Positions 26,493 to 35,564 of a DNA stretch of 46,014 nt are shown here, in pieces. The DNA comes from a virus (lineage: Duplodnaviria > Caudoviricetes), in IMG/VR virus record IMGVR_UViG_3300027863_001761, positions 1-46,014 of that record; one strand, written 5' to 3'. The first letter of the stretch is position 1, and every line of letters begins with the position of its first letter. The notes beneath the pieces were generated by a model. It was not told the origin of the DNA. It saw nothing but the letters and a program-made list of their open reading frames with translations, and searched no databases. A program made the position numbers and the translations under genes.

Positions 26493-28001
26493 TCAGCGGT
26501 ACCAGGTCACACCCTGCAGCACGGCAATCGCCTGGGGGTGACGCGGACCGAAGTCGTTCTCGGTCAGCAGCCGGATAAGCGTGAGGTCGCGCTGGAAGGC
26601 GCTGACGCTCGTGCCGCTGGTCGGGTCGGTGTAGGCACCGTCCTGACTGATGGCCACCGACAGGTTCAGCGATTCCCCGATGACCATCTGCGCAAAGTCC
26701 ACGAAGTAGATCTCCGAGCAGTTGCCCCCGCCGTTGGGCGTGGACAGGTTGGTCGGGATCTGCGTGGTCTGCGCGAACGGGTATCCCCGGAACATCCCTT
26801 GGTCGATCTCGGGGAAAACGCGGTTGCCGGTGGTGGTGAGCAGGTCGCGCAGGAACTGCACCGAGTCCGGGTGCATGAGCCAGCCGGGCTTGCGCATGCG
26901 CACGTTGGCGCGGCGCAGCGCCAGCACCATGCGACCGGCATCGGTCATGATGGCCTGCGCCAGCGCCTGGCCGGTCAGCGGCGCCGTGGGCGGCGTGGCC
27001 CAGGTGGTGCCCGCGGGAGCCGCGCCCGGCGTGCCCGAGGCCGGCTCGATGGGGGTGGCCGACAGCACATTGGCCGGCAGGCACCAGTTGCGCAGGCCCA
27101 CCGGCGTGGCGTTGGTGCCGTCGCCGCGGATGAAGGCCGCGTCCTCGGCCGTGGCCATCGAGATCGCGGTGTCCTCGACGATGAGCTGGTCCACGCGCTC
27201 GTCGATGCCGGCGAAGCGGATGAGATCATTGCCGATGGGCACCAGACACGCCAGCTTCTTGGCCACGAGTTGCACGTCGTCGAAGCTCTGCTGGGACACC
27301 GGCGCGTCGCTGTCGCGCCCGATGTAGCCGGCCAGCGCCCCGCCAGCGATGCGCGGCATGGTCAGGTTGCCGTTGGTCAGCGGCAGGGTCAGCGGCCCCA
27401 TGGAGCGCACCACCGCGTTGGGCACCAGACGCTCGATGACGGTGGCCGCCAGTACGTTGGGGATCAGCACCGCGCCGCCAGAGGCCGTGACCGAGGACAG
27501 CGCGGCGGCCACCTCCACGCCGATGCCGTCGCGGCTCATGGCGCGCTGGGCGAACTCGGCGCCGGCAGCGAGGTTCCCCGGGGCGTGCTTGAGCGCACCG
27601 ATGATCCCGGAGAACACGCTCATGTTGCGCCGCGTGCGCTCGGCGGGATCGCGGGGCCGGGTGTAGATGATCGGCTCGCCCGCCTGACCGACGGGGGCGT
27701 GCTGAGCCTGTACGCTGGTTTGCACGGCAGGCGCCAGACGATCGACGGCCACGGCGTCGAGCTTGCCCTGCTCAAGCACATCGACGGGTGTGGCGGCGGC
27801 CATGGCCAGGGTGCGCGATATGGCTTGCGCGCCCTCGAGCACGGCCAGGCGCCGGCCCAGCGCATCGAAGGCCGGAGCGATGGCGTCGAACTCCGCCTGC
27901 TCGGCTTCCATGAGAGGCTCCGCCTGGGCCTTGTCGGCCAGTTCCTTCGCGCGTTGACTAAAAGCGGCGCGTTCGCTTTTTAGGGTCTGGATGGCATCCA
28001 T
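26493..28001 (-). CDS. Major capsid protein, HK97 fold
   Basis: Coiled-coil delta domain, SGGAVLIP, AKKLACLVPIGNDLI, EDAAFIRGDGT...PVGL, SAFQRDLTLIR. Confidence 0.93.
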   Translation of the reverse strand: MDAIQTLKSERAAFSQRAKELADKAQAEPLMEAEQAEFDAIAPAFDALGRRLAVLEGAQAISRTLAMAAATPVDVLEQGKLDAVAVDRLAPAVQTSVQAQHAPVGQAGEPIIYTRPRDPAERTRRNMSVFSGIIGALKHAPGNLAAGAEFAQRAMSRDGIGVEVAAALSSVTASGGAVLIPNVLAATVIERLVPNAVVRSMGPLTLPLTNGNLTMPRIAGGALAGYIGRDSDAPVSQQSFDDVQLVAKKLACLVPIGNDLIRFAGIDERVDQLIVEDTAISMATAEDAAFIRGDGTNATPVGLRNWCLPANVLSATPIEPASGTPGAAPAGTTWATPPTAPLTGQALAQAIMTDAGRMVLALRRANVRMRKPGWLMHPDSVQFLRDLLTTTGNRVFPEIDQGMFRGYPFAQTTQIPTNLSTPNGGGNCSEIYFVDFAQMVIGESLNLSVAISQDGAYTDPTSGTSVSAFQRDLTLIRLLTENDFGPRHPQAIAVLQGVTWYR

Positions 28002-28334
28002 GGGGGTTTCCTGGTGGGTCCACAAACGAATCCGCCCGCTTGATGCGGGCGGCAAGATCTGAAGCGCGAACGCGGTTCAGGGTCGGGGGGATGGCCTCCA
28101 GATCCTGGAGACCATCGTGTTTGGTTCAAAGGTGCGCGGCGATCTCCAGGGCTTGCGCATGGAGCACTGCCGTTGCTCGCCCAGAGGAAATCGGCCACAA
28201 TGCGCACAACAACACCCGCCACGCCTCTCGACGATGCGCACCCCGGCGGGTTTCTTTTTTGCGGAGGCGTTTCTTGAAGTTCGCCAAGCCCGCACTGCCG
28301 GTGAACGACCAGTGGGTCGTACCCAGTCGGCAGA

Positions 28335-29258
28335 TCAAATCCGCGCGGCGATCTCCAGCGCCTGCGCGCGCAGCGTCATGGCATGACGGCGCTGCGCCTG
28401 CTGCCGCTGCTGCGCGGCACCGGCCTGCGCCAGTCCGGCCAGTCTGTCGATGGCCTCCTGCGGCGTCTCCATCTGATCGGCCAGGCCCTGTGAGAGCGCA
28501 TCTGCACCGTGCAACACGCCAGCCTGCAGGCCCACGATCCGTTCAGGCGGCAGATTGCGGTGGGTCGAGACGGCAGCCACGAATTGGTCGAAAGCGTTGT
28601 CCACCTGCGCTTGCAATTCCTGCTGCGCCACATCCGACAGCGGCGCGTGCGAAGCGCCGTGGAGCTTTTTGTCGCCGCGGTAGATGGCGGTGATCTTCAC
28701 GCCCGCCTTGTCGTTGGCGCCCGAGAGATCGCGGTGCAGTGCCACCACCCCGACGGACCCCACCGCGCCGGTGGGGCTGACGCTCACGCTGTCGCAGGTG
28801 GATGCGAGCAGGTAGGCCGCCGACAAGGCGTTGAAGTTGACGATGGCCGTGGTGGGCTTGGTCGCCCGGGCGATCTTGCCCGCCAGTTCAAAGGCGCCTT
28901 GGACCGAACCCCCCGGCGAGTCGATGTCCAGCGCAATCTGCCGCACATCGGGGTCGGCCAGCGCCGCGTCCAGTTGCGCGCCGATCCGGTCGTAGCTGGA
29001 GGTGCCCATGCAGGCGGTCATCGCATTGCCTCGGGGAACGAGCGCGCCATGCACCGGGATGACAGCCACGCCTGCGGCCTTGATGGCGTCAGGCGCGAGC
29101 ACCTTGGTTTGCGCCGCGCTCGCCCCGACGGACAAGCGCTCACGACCCTCGATCAAGACGGCGTGCGCCCACTCGTCGGCCAGGTCGGCCAGGGCGGGTG
29201 TCGCCATCAGCGGCTGGTTGTAGATCAGTCCGCGCAGGTAGGGGTAAGCGTCATGCAT
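28335..29258 (-). CDS. S49-family prohead protease
   Basis: IPVHGAL, LDIDSPGGSVQG, SAAYLLAS, GSVGVV. Confidence 0.92.
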   Translation of the reverse strand: MHDAYPYLRGLIYNQPLMATPALADLADEWAHAVLIEGRERLSVGASAAQTKVLAPDAIKAAGVAVIPVHGALVPRGNAMTACMGTSSYDRIGAQLDAALADPDVRQIALDIDSPGGSVQGAFELAGKIARATKPTTAIVNFNALSAAYLLASTCDSVSVSPTGAVGSVGVVALHRDLSGANDKAGVKITAIYRGDKKLHGASHAPLSDVAQQELQAQVDNAFDQFVAAVSTHRNLPPERIVGLQAGVLHGADALSQGLADQMETPQEAIDRLAGLAQAGAAQQRQQAQRRHAMTLRAQALEIAARI

Positions 29259-30558
29259 CCTGGGTCTCCATCATGTCGTGCAGCGTTCTCGGCGCCGTGG
29301 TCGAGGGGGCACCCGGCGTCCTGGCCGGAGCCGGGGCCGGCTGCGTCGCGTCGGCCATGTTCAGCGGTTGCAGGTAAGCGTCGCCGCGCGCGATGGAGGG
29401 CATTCCCTCAGCGCGGCGAATGTCGTTGATCGACAGCCATCCCCACTGCCTGCCCATGGCGTAGGCGGCGTAGCGCGAGGACAGATCCCCGCGCAGCAAC
29501 TCACGCACATCCAGGCGGATGACGATTCCATCCTCGCGCTCCTGCGGCAGCAGGAGATCACGCTCCATCGCCTCCTCGTGGCGCTTGATCCAGGACATGA
29601 GCGTGTGGGTGAGGAACTCGAGCGACTGCTGCTCGATGTTGGCGTTCGTCGCCCGGTTCAGGTCGCCGAGCATGTGCGGCGGGATGCCGTAGATGCGCGC
29701 GATGTCGCCTGCCGAATAGCGCCGCTGCTCGATCAACTGCGCATCGGCGTTGCTCATGGACAGCGGCGTGAAGGCCATGCCCTCTTGCAGCAGCGCCACG
29801 CGCCCGGCGTTGTCCGCCCCGGCGTACTTCTCCTCCCAATTGCGGGTGATGCGCTCGATCATCGCCGGATCCTTGATGGGCGGCGCGGTCGCGGGGCGCG
29901 TGAGCGTGCCGGTCAGGTTCGTGCCGTTGCCGAACACCCGCCCGGTGTGGCGCTCCCCGGCCATCGCGACCCCGATGGCCTCGCGGTGCAGCGCGATTGG
30001 CGACAGCCCCGTGTAAGCGTTGTCGGAGATCCAGCGCACATGGTGGATGTCGCCCATGGCGTACATCCCCTCGATGCCGTCCGGCGCGCGCAGGATGCGG
30101 TAATACGGCAGCCGATCCACTGGGCTGACGTACACGATGACCCGGTCTGAGTTGATCGGGTAGAGGCTCTTGATCGTGCCGTCCGGGTTGCGGAACTTGA
30201 GTGCGAAGGCGTTGCCGCGCAAGCCCAGTTGCGTCTGCAGGAACTCGCGGAACTGGTACGGCGTCTGGAAGGCATTGGGCGCGGTGCGCAGGATCGGCAG
30301 CAGCGGATGATCCGCGATGGGTTCCTTCGATCCATCCGGCGCGTGCCGAAAGACTCCCGCGGGCAGCTTGGCCACTGACTCGGCAAGGAGGGTGACCGCG
30401 CGCTGCACGGCGGTCAGGGCCAGGGCCGTCTGCGGCGTGACCGTGGCGCCGGTGGCCGCGCGCCCGTAGCCAGAACCCAGGAAGGCCCCCAGCCAGCCGC
30501 CGCCCGTGCCGCTGGCCGGGTTGCCGCTGCCGGGAAACAGGATGTCGGAGAACCACAT
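29251..30558 (-). CDS. Portal protein, HK97 family
   Basis: AVTLLAESVAKLP, PNAFQT, GLSPI, IARIYGIPPHMLG, NIEQQ, LLRGD. Confidence 0.95.
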   Translation of the reverse strand: MWFSDILFPGSGNPASGTGGGWLGAFLGSGYGRAATGATVTPQTALALTAVQRAVTLLAESVAKLPAGVFRHAPDGSKEPIADHPLLPILRTAPNAFQTPYQFREFLQTQLGLRGNAFALKFRNPDGTIKSLYPINSDRVIVYVSPVDRLPYYRILRAPDGIEGMYAMGDIHHVRWISDNAYTGLSPIALHREAIGVAMAGERHTGRVFGNGTNLTGTLTRPATAPPIKDPAMIERITRNWEEKYAGADNAGRVALLQEGMAFTPLSMSNADAQLIEQRRYSAGDIARIYGIPPHMLGDLNRATNANIEQQSLEFLTHTLMSWIKRHEEAMERDLLLPQEREDGIVIRLDVRELLRGDLSSRYAAYAMGRQWGWLSINDIRRAEGMPSIARGDAYLQPLNMADATQPAPAPARTPGAPSTTAPRTLHDMMETQDA

Positions 30559-30761
30559 CAGGGCTTGCCGCGCTCGAGCGCCACATTGCGCGCCACAGCA
30601 AAGCTGGCCAGCAGCGCCAGCGCTCCGGCCAGAATCATGCCCGCGCGCCAGTCCAGGCAAGCCACGCCGGCCACGAGCAGCGCGGCCCCCGCCAGCGCCA
30701 GCAGACCGGCGCGCAGGTCGGCGCGGCGCAGCCGCTCGGTCTTGTCCTGGGCGGTTTCCAT
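30558..30761 (-). CDS. Small two-TM membrane protein between terminase and portal
   Basis: METAQDKT...; two hydrophobic helices; coupled to both neighbours. Confidence 0.7.
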   Translation of the reverse strand: METAQDKTERLRRADLRAGLLALAGAALLVAGVACLDWRAGMILAGALALLASFAVARNVALERGKP

Positions 30762-32476
30762 CAGATGCCTACTCCCTCGTCGTAAATCGATGTGCCCTGG
30801 ATCACCGGCGTGCCGAGCATCGCGCGCGACAGTGCCATGATCAGCGCCACAATGCCGTCGATCTTGTTCTCCGGGCGTTCTTTGCGCGGATAGATGTTGT
30901 CCTTGGCGTCCAGCCGTGCGACCACGTTGGAGGCCATCCAGGCCAGCACCGGATCGCCGTCGTGCGCCAGACGTTTGCTGAGCACCAGTGCCTGCAACGC
31001 CTTCATCGGCTCGGAGAAATTCAGCACCGTGGGCCGCACCTCGATCATCGGCATGCCTTCGGCGAGCATGTGCGAGGACAGTTGCGTGGCCTGGAACGGG
31101 TCGAACGCCACGGCCTGCACCGCAAAGCGCGCGGCGATGTCGCGCAGGTCGGCCTCGATGGTGTCGAAATCGGTGACGTTGCCTGGGGTTTCGATGAGCC
31201 GCCCGGCGCCCGCCCAGCCGGCGTACTGGCTGTTGGCCGCGCCCTGCACCGCGTCCTCGGGCAGGTAGTGCCGGCAGAACACGGCAAAACCGTCCGCGCC
31301 CTGCCGGAGCACCAGCACGAGCGCGGCGATGTCCACCTTGCTGGCCAGATCCAGCCCGATCCAGCAGGGTTGTCCCTCGAAGGCCTCCAGATCCAGGCCG
31401 GCATCGGCGCAGGCGTCCCAGGCGCGCATGTCCATCCAGGGCGAATCGGCGCTGACCCACACGTTCAGGTGCTTGGTCTGGAACGCGGCCGCAGCCGAAG
31501 GCAGTTGCAGCGCCTTGGCCTGTAGCGACAGCACCGCGTCCGCATCGATCGACACGCCCCAGTTGGGGTTGGCTTTGATCAGTGCGCTCTCGTGCGTCCA
31601 GTCGTCGCCCTCGTCCAGGCCGTGGATGATGCCGAACTGCCGCTCGTCCTGCATCACGCCGTCGAGCATGCGGGTCACGCCCGTTCGAACCTCGTAACAG
31701 ATGCCCGCGCGGTCGCTGCCCGCCGTGGTGATGACCCACAGCAGGGAGTTGTCGCGCTTGCCGGTGGCCGTCTCCACCACGTCGTAGACCGTGCGGGTCT
31801 TGTGGGCGTGCAATTCGTCCACGCAGCCGAAGTGGATGTTCAGGCCGTCCAGGGTCGAGCCTTCTGCCGACAGGGGCTCGAAGCGCGAGGCGCTGCTCAA
31901 GACATGCAGGTTGTGCGCGCCGATGCCCACGCCGAAGCGCCGGCAAAATCCTGGACTCCTGCGGGCCATGGTCTGTGCCACGCCGAAGACGATGCGCGCC
32001 TGGTCGCGGGTGGTGGCCAAGCTGTACACCTCGGCGCCCATCTCGCCGTCCACCGCCAGCATGTACAGCGCCAGCGCCGAGGACAAGGCGCTCTTGCCGT
32101 TGCCCCGCGGCACCTCGATGTAGGCGCGCCGAAAGCGCCGCCGTCCCGCCGCGTTCACCCAACCGAACACGGTGGTCAGGATGAAGATCTGCCAGGGGGC
32201 CAGCGCGATCGGATGGCCCGCCAGAGGTCCCTTGATGTGCGGCAGCCGCTCGATGACGCTGCAAACGCGATCGGCGGGGCGAAACGTGCGCCCGGCCGCG
32301 TCCTCGAGCGGCGGGTTGAATCGGTACGGCGCCTGCGCGTCCGACCAGCGCTCCAGGTCGTCGAGTTGGCGCTGGCAGGCACGGCGCACCCAGTGGCAGG
32401 CGGGGACGTCGCCGGCCACGACGGACTGGGCGTAGTGGTGGGCCTTGGCGGCGTAATGGCCCGGAGTCGTGGTCAT
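30761..32476 (-). CDS. terL: Terminase large subunit
   Basis: Walker A VPRGNGKS, Walker B CVDELHAH, ITTAG, KANPNWG, GLDLAS, KIDGIVALIMA. Confidence 0.96.
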   Translation of the reverse strand: MTTTPGHYAAKAHHYAQSVVAGDVPACHWVRRACQRQLDDLERWSDAQAPYRFNPPLEDAAGRTFRPADRVCSVIERLPHIKGPLAGHPIALAPWQIFILTTVFGWVNAAGRRRFRRAYIEVPRGNGKSALSSALALYMLAVDGEMGAEVYSLATTRDQARIVFGVAQTMARRSPGFCRRFGVGIGAHNLHVLSSASRFEPLSAEGSTLDGLNIHFGCVDELHAHKTRTVYDVVETATGKRDNSLLWVITTAGSDRAGICYEVRTGVTRMLDGVMQDERQFGIIHGLDEGDDWTHESALIKANPNWGVSIDADAVLSLQAKALQLPSAAAAFQTKHLNVWVSADSPWMDMRAWDACADAGLDLEAFEGQPCWIGLDLASKVDIAALVLVLRQGADGFAVFCRHYLPEDAVQGAANSQYAGWAGAGRLIETPGNVTDFDTIEADLRDIAARFAVQAVAFDPFQATQLSSHMLAEGMPMIEVRPTVLNFSEPMKALQALVLSKRLAHDGDPVLAWMASNVVARLDAKDNIYPRKERPENKIDGIVALIMALSRAMLGTPVIQGTSIYDEGVGI

Positions 32477-32549
32477 CTGGATACGATGGGGTTTACTACA
32501 ACGTTTGCGATGCGTCGCAGCATGGTGAGGTCCATCAATCGGAGGCAGC

Positions 32550-32783
32550 ATGGCGACCACCAAACTCTTCAAGAGCGGCAATTCGCAAGCCGTGTGCATC
32601 CCGGCGGAGCTGGCCTACAGCACGACCGACCTGGATCTGGTCATCGAGCGGCACGGCGACGAGTTGCGCATCTACCCCGCGCAGCGGCGCCTGGGCGACG
32701 TGCCGGGCAAGCTGGCCCGGTTCTCGCCGGACTTCACGGTGCCGGGGCGCGAGGAGCAGGAACAAGTCGAAGCCGACCAATGA
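32550..32783 (+). CDS. AbrB/VapB (VagC-like) antitoxin, apparently orphan
   Basis: TTKLFKSGNSQAVCIP; GGAGG RBS; no PIN toxin follows. Confidence 0.8.
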   Translation: MATTKLFKSGNSQAVCIPAELAYSTTDLDLVIERHGDELRIYPAQRRLGDVPGKLARFSPDFTVPGREEQEQVEADQ

Positions 32784-32826
32784 GAGCGGCGTCGTGTGGC
32801 CGCGCCTCCAAGGTGCGCCGATTGTG

Positions 32827-32856
32827 TTGACGAAAGCTATACGCTAGCGCTACAAT
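32827..32856 (+). promoter_or_regulatory. Sigma70-like promoter of the DUF1778-GNAT operon
   Basis: TTGACG-18 nt-TACAAT in an AT-rich patch with short palindromes (CGCTAGCG; ACAAT...ATTGT). Confidence 0.65.
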
Positions 32857-32889
32857 TCGTATATCTATTGTGTAGGCGTTAGGATCATC

Positions 32890-33159
32890 ATGCGCGATGC
32901 TGCAATCAACCTGCGAGCGCTGCCCGAGCAACGCGATCTGATTGATCACGCGGCCCAATTGCTCGGCAAAAATCGTTCGGACTTCATGCTCGAAGCGGCT
33001 TGCGACAGGGCCCAATCGGTCGTGCTCGATCAGGTGTTTTTCCATCTGGATGCTGAGAAGTTTCGCCAGTTCACCCAATTGCTGGACGCAGCGCCGGCCA
33101 CGAACCCGGGGCTGGAGCGTCTCATGGCAGTCAAGGCGCCGTGGCAAAACAAGGCATGA
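32890..33159 (+). CDS. DUF1778 RHH antitoxin (TacA/AtaR-like)
   Basis: INLRALPEQRDLIDHAAQLLGKNRSDFMLEAA...LLDAAPATNPGLERLM. Confidence 0.9.
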   Translation: MRDAAINLRALPEQRDLIDHAAQLLGKNRSDFMLEAACDRAQSVVLDQVFFHLDAEKFRQFTQLLDAAPATNPGLERLMAVKAPWQNKA

Positions 33160-33650
33160 GCCTGCGACTACAGGCGCCGCAGGCGTTGTCCAGCGGGCAC
33201 CGGGTCGATACGTTCGCGTGCGGCGAGTCTGTGCTCGACGATTGGCTCAAGCGCCGGGCTTTACCGAATCAGATCAGTGGAGCCAGTCGCACTTTCGTCG
33301 TGGCCGATCTCGATCAGATCGTCTACGGTTATTACGCCTTGGCGGCGGGCGCCGTCTCTCACCAGGCGGCCACCGGTGCGGTCCGACGCAATATGCCCGA
33401 CCCGATCCCCGTCATGGTGCTCGCACGCCTTGCGGTCGATCAGAGCGCCCAGGGGATGCAACTTGGCGGCGCCTTGCTGCGCGATGCCGTCAACCGCGCC
33501 GTTGCAGTGTCTGCCCAGGCTGGCGTACGCGCCGTGCTGGTGCATGCGATGCACGACCGTGCCCGAACGTTTTACGAGCACTACGGCTTCCGAGTCTCTC
33601 CAGCGCACCCCATGACCTTGATGCTGCGCCTGAGCTCGGTACAGCCCTGA
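33156..33650 (+). CDS. GNAT acetyltransferase toxin (TacT/AtaT-like)
   Basis: FACGESVLDDWL, RNMPDPIPVMVLARLAVD...QGMQLGGALL, FYEHYGF; ATGA overlap with the antitoxin. Confidence 0.9.
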   Translation: MSLRLQAPQALSSGHRVDTFACGESVLDDWLKRRALPNQISGASRTFVVADLDQIVYGYYALAAGAVSHQAATGAVRRNMPDPIPVMVLARLAVDQSAQGMQLGGALLRDAVNRAVAVSAQAGVRAVLVHAMHDRARTFYEHYGFRVSPAHPMTLMLRLSSVQP

Positions 33651-33654
33651 AGCA

Positions 33655-34155
33655 TCAGAAGTCCGCCCAGGGGTCGTCGAGCTTGGGGGGCTGCGCCTGG
33701 GGCACCTGCACCCGCGCGCGCGAGACCGGCGTGAACCCGAGCTCCGCCTCGCACTCCTTGAGCGAGCGCGACAACTCCATCTGCAACTCGAACAGGATCG
33801 AGCGCGCGGGCATGCCGTGGCGATCCTTGGTCAAGAGGCCGCCGACACCGCGCTTGGAAATCTCGCGCACGACGTCGCGGTACTGCGCCAGCAGCTCGCA
33901 GTAGCGCTCCAGCAGCGCGGCGTTGTTGGCGTGCAGGACCCCGGGCGGCTTGCTGCCGACGAGGTAGCGCCAGAGGTCGGCGGCCGCCTCGCGCATCTCC
34001 AGCGGCGGATCCGACAGCATTGCGGCCGCTTGCGGCTCAGCGGCGTTGGTACGCGACTTGCGCAGCGTGCCCTTGACGGCCTTGACGGCGGTCGGCAGGG
34101 GTTTGCGCCCGGCGCCGGTTCGCGCCCCCCCGGAGCGCCCGGGCTTACCGGCCAC
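33655..34155 (-). CDS. terS: Terminase small subunit, P27 family
   Basis: GRKPLPTAVKAVKG...ELGFTPVSRARV...DDPWADF. Confidence 0.9.
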   Translation of the reverse strand: MAGKPGRSGGARTGAGRKPLPTAVKAVKGTLRKSRTNAAEPQAAAMLSDPPLEMREAAADLWRYLVGSKPPGVLHANNAALLERYCELLAQYRDVVREISKRGVGGLLTKDRHGMPARSILFELQMELSRSLKECEAELGFTPVSRARVQVPQAQPPKLDDPWADF

Positions 34156-34187
34156 GGGCCGGCTCCATTTGAAAAAACACCATCATT

Positions 34188-34266
34188 TGAATTTGGCTGC
34201 GCAAAAATTGGCCCTGGCGCGCGGATCGCCGCGGGTTGTTGCGGAAGTTTCAGACCCCCCTTACCC
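34188..34266 (-). other. Candidate cos region of the HNH/P27-terminase type
   Basis: G-run GGGGGGTCTGAAACTT...CCGCGCGCCAGGGCCAATTTTT between HNH and terS, the usual cos position in HK97-like phages. Confidence 0.55.
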
Positions 34267-34644
34267 CGTCGGGCGGCGGGCGTTGCCGAAGCCGCCGTCC
34301 TCGCGCGCGGTCTTGCGGTTGTGGCACGCCGCGCACAGCGGCTGCAGGTTGCCCGGTGCGTTGTGGCCGGGGTTGTTGTCGATGTGATCGACGACCGTGG
34401 CGGCGCGCCACAGGCCTTGCGCCGCGCAATGGCGGCACAGCGGCTCGGCGCGCAGCACCTGCTCACGCAGGGTGCGCCAGGCCGCGCCGTTGGTGGGCAG
34501 CGCGCGGCATTGCCGGCGACGGCGGGCCTGCGCGTTGCCGTCCCATTGGCGCCGGTCGGACTGATGCGCATCGCAATAGCCGGGTGTGCTGACCAGCGCG
34601 GCGCAGCCGGGGTGGCGGCAGGGAGTCGGGGCGCGCACGGGCAT
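34261..34644 (-). CDS. Terminase-associated HNH endonuclease
   Basis: PCRHPGC; EPLCRHC...VVDHID...NLQPLCAACHNRKT. Confidence 0.92.
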   Translation of the reverse strand: MPVRAPTPCRHPGCAALVSTPGYCDAHQSDRRQWDGNAQARRRRQCRALPTNGAAWRTLREQVLRAEPLCRHCAAQGLWRAATVVDHIDNNPGHNAPGNLQPLCAACHNRKTAREDGGFGNARRPTG

Positions 34645-34678
34645 GAATCCATCGGTATCCGTTTCGTGCCGCGGAAAG

Positions 34679-34711
34679 GCTTGGCTTGTGGGCGCGACAG
34701 CGCGTTAATGC
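34679..34711 (+). promoter_or_regulatory. Repeated promoter-like motif, copy 2
   Basis: GCTTGGCTTGTG-N8-AGCGCGTTAATGC upstream of the DUF3489 gene. Confidence 0.65.
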
Positions 34712-34741
34712 CATCACCATCCACCCAGCACGGAGTCCACC

Positions 34742-35320
34742 ATGAGTGTTCAACTCACCACCGCCCAGCACGCCATCCTCGCCAAGGCCATCAACACCAG
34801 CGGCGGCAAGATCCTCTGGTTCCCCGACCACATCAAGGGGGGCGCGCGCAAGAAGGTGCTGGAAGGCCTGTTCAAGCGCGCCCTCATCGCGCCCGATGGC
34901 GAGGGCTGGTGCATCGCCGCCGAGGGCTTTGATGCCATGGGTATGAAGCGCCCCCAGGTCAACGCCGAGCACAAATCGAAGTTCGAGGCCAAACTCGACG
35001 CGATCATCGCCAACGCCGAAGCGGCGCAGGACGACACCGCAGACGCGGACGCAGAGATCGAAGCCGCCGTCGCCCAAGACGAGGCATCCTTCAAAACGCC
35101 CGTCAAAGCGCCTCGTACCCGTGCCAACAGCAAGCAAGCCGAAGTGCTCCGGATGCTGCAACGCCCAGAGGGCGCAACCATCGGCCAGATTTGCACCGCC
35201 ACCGGCTGGCAGGCCCATACGGTGCGCGGCACCTTCGCCGGAGCGTTCAAGAAGAAGCTTGGCCTGGCCATCGTGTCGGACAAGCCGCAGGGCGGCGAGC
35301 GGGTCTACCGCATCGCCTGA
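34742..35320 (+). CDS. DUF3489 domain protein (winged HTH)
   Basis: SKQAEVLRMLQRPEGATI...TGWQAHTVRG...KKKLGL...RVYRIA. Confidence 0.85.
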   Translation: MSVQLTTAQHAILAKAINTSGGKILWFPDHIKGGARKKVLEGLFKRALIAPDGEGWCIAAEGFDAMGMKRPQVNAEHKSKFEAKLDAIIANAEAAQDDTADADAEIEAAVAQDEASFKTPVKAPRTRANSKQAEVLRMLQRPEGATIGQICTATGWQAHTVRGTFAGAFKKKLGLAIVSDKPQGGERVYRIA

Positions 35321-35386
35321 TCAGCAAGATCGATCAAGAGGCCAAGCTCGAGTGCATGACTGAATCAGTCGGACACGGCATCAAAC

Positions 35387-35419
35387 GCTTGGCTTGTGCC
35401 CACAGTAGCGCGGTAATGC
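35387..35419 (+). promoter_or_regulatory. Repeated promoter-like motif, copy 3
   Basis: GCTTGGCTTGTG-N8-AGCGCGGTAATGC upstream of the 36-aa ORF. Confidence 0.65.
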
Positions 35420-35453
35420 AGTCATCGCAACGCAGCAAGGAAAGGACAGCAAA

Positions 35454-35564
35454 ATGACCATCTACTACAAGAAATTCTCCGAAGCCCGCAAGAACTGCGC
35501 CCCCGGCTACACCACTCTGTACTGCGCCAAGATGAACGCCTACTACAACGGGTTCGCGTTTTGA
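35454..35564 (+). CDS. Small protein, 36 aa (MTIYYKKFSEARKNCAPGYTTLYCAKMNAYYNGFAF); not in the ORF track
   Basis: Strong AAGGAAAGGA RBS, C-ending codons, TGATG coupling to the next gene. Confidence 0.55.
   Translation: MTIYYKKFSEARKNCAPGYTTLYCAKMNAYYNGFAF

Noticed and set aside
28077-28295. ORF with CCCAHCGRF resembling a Com-type zinc ribbon or a Cys-rich rSAM precursor
   Set aside because: No second CxxC, weak start, overlaps the duplicated protease-end scar, and is far from the rSAM gene
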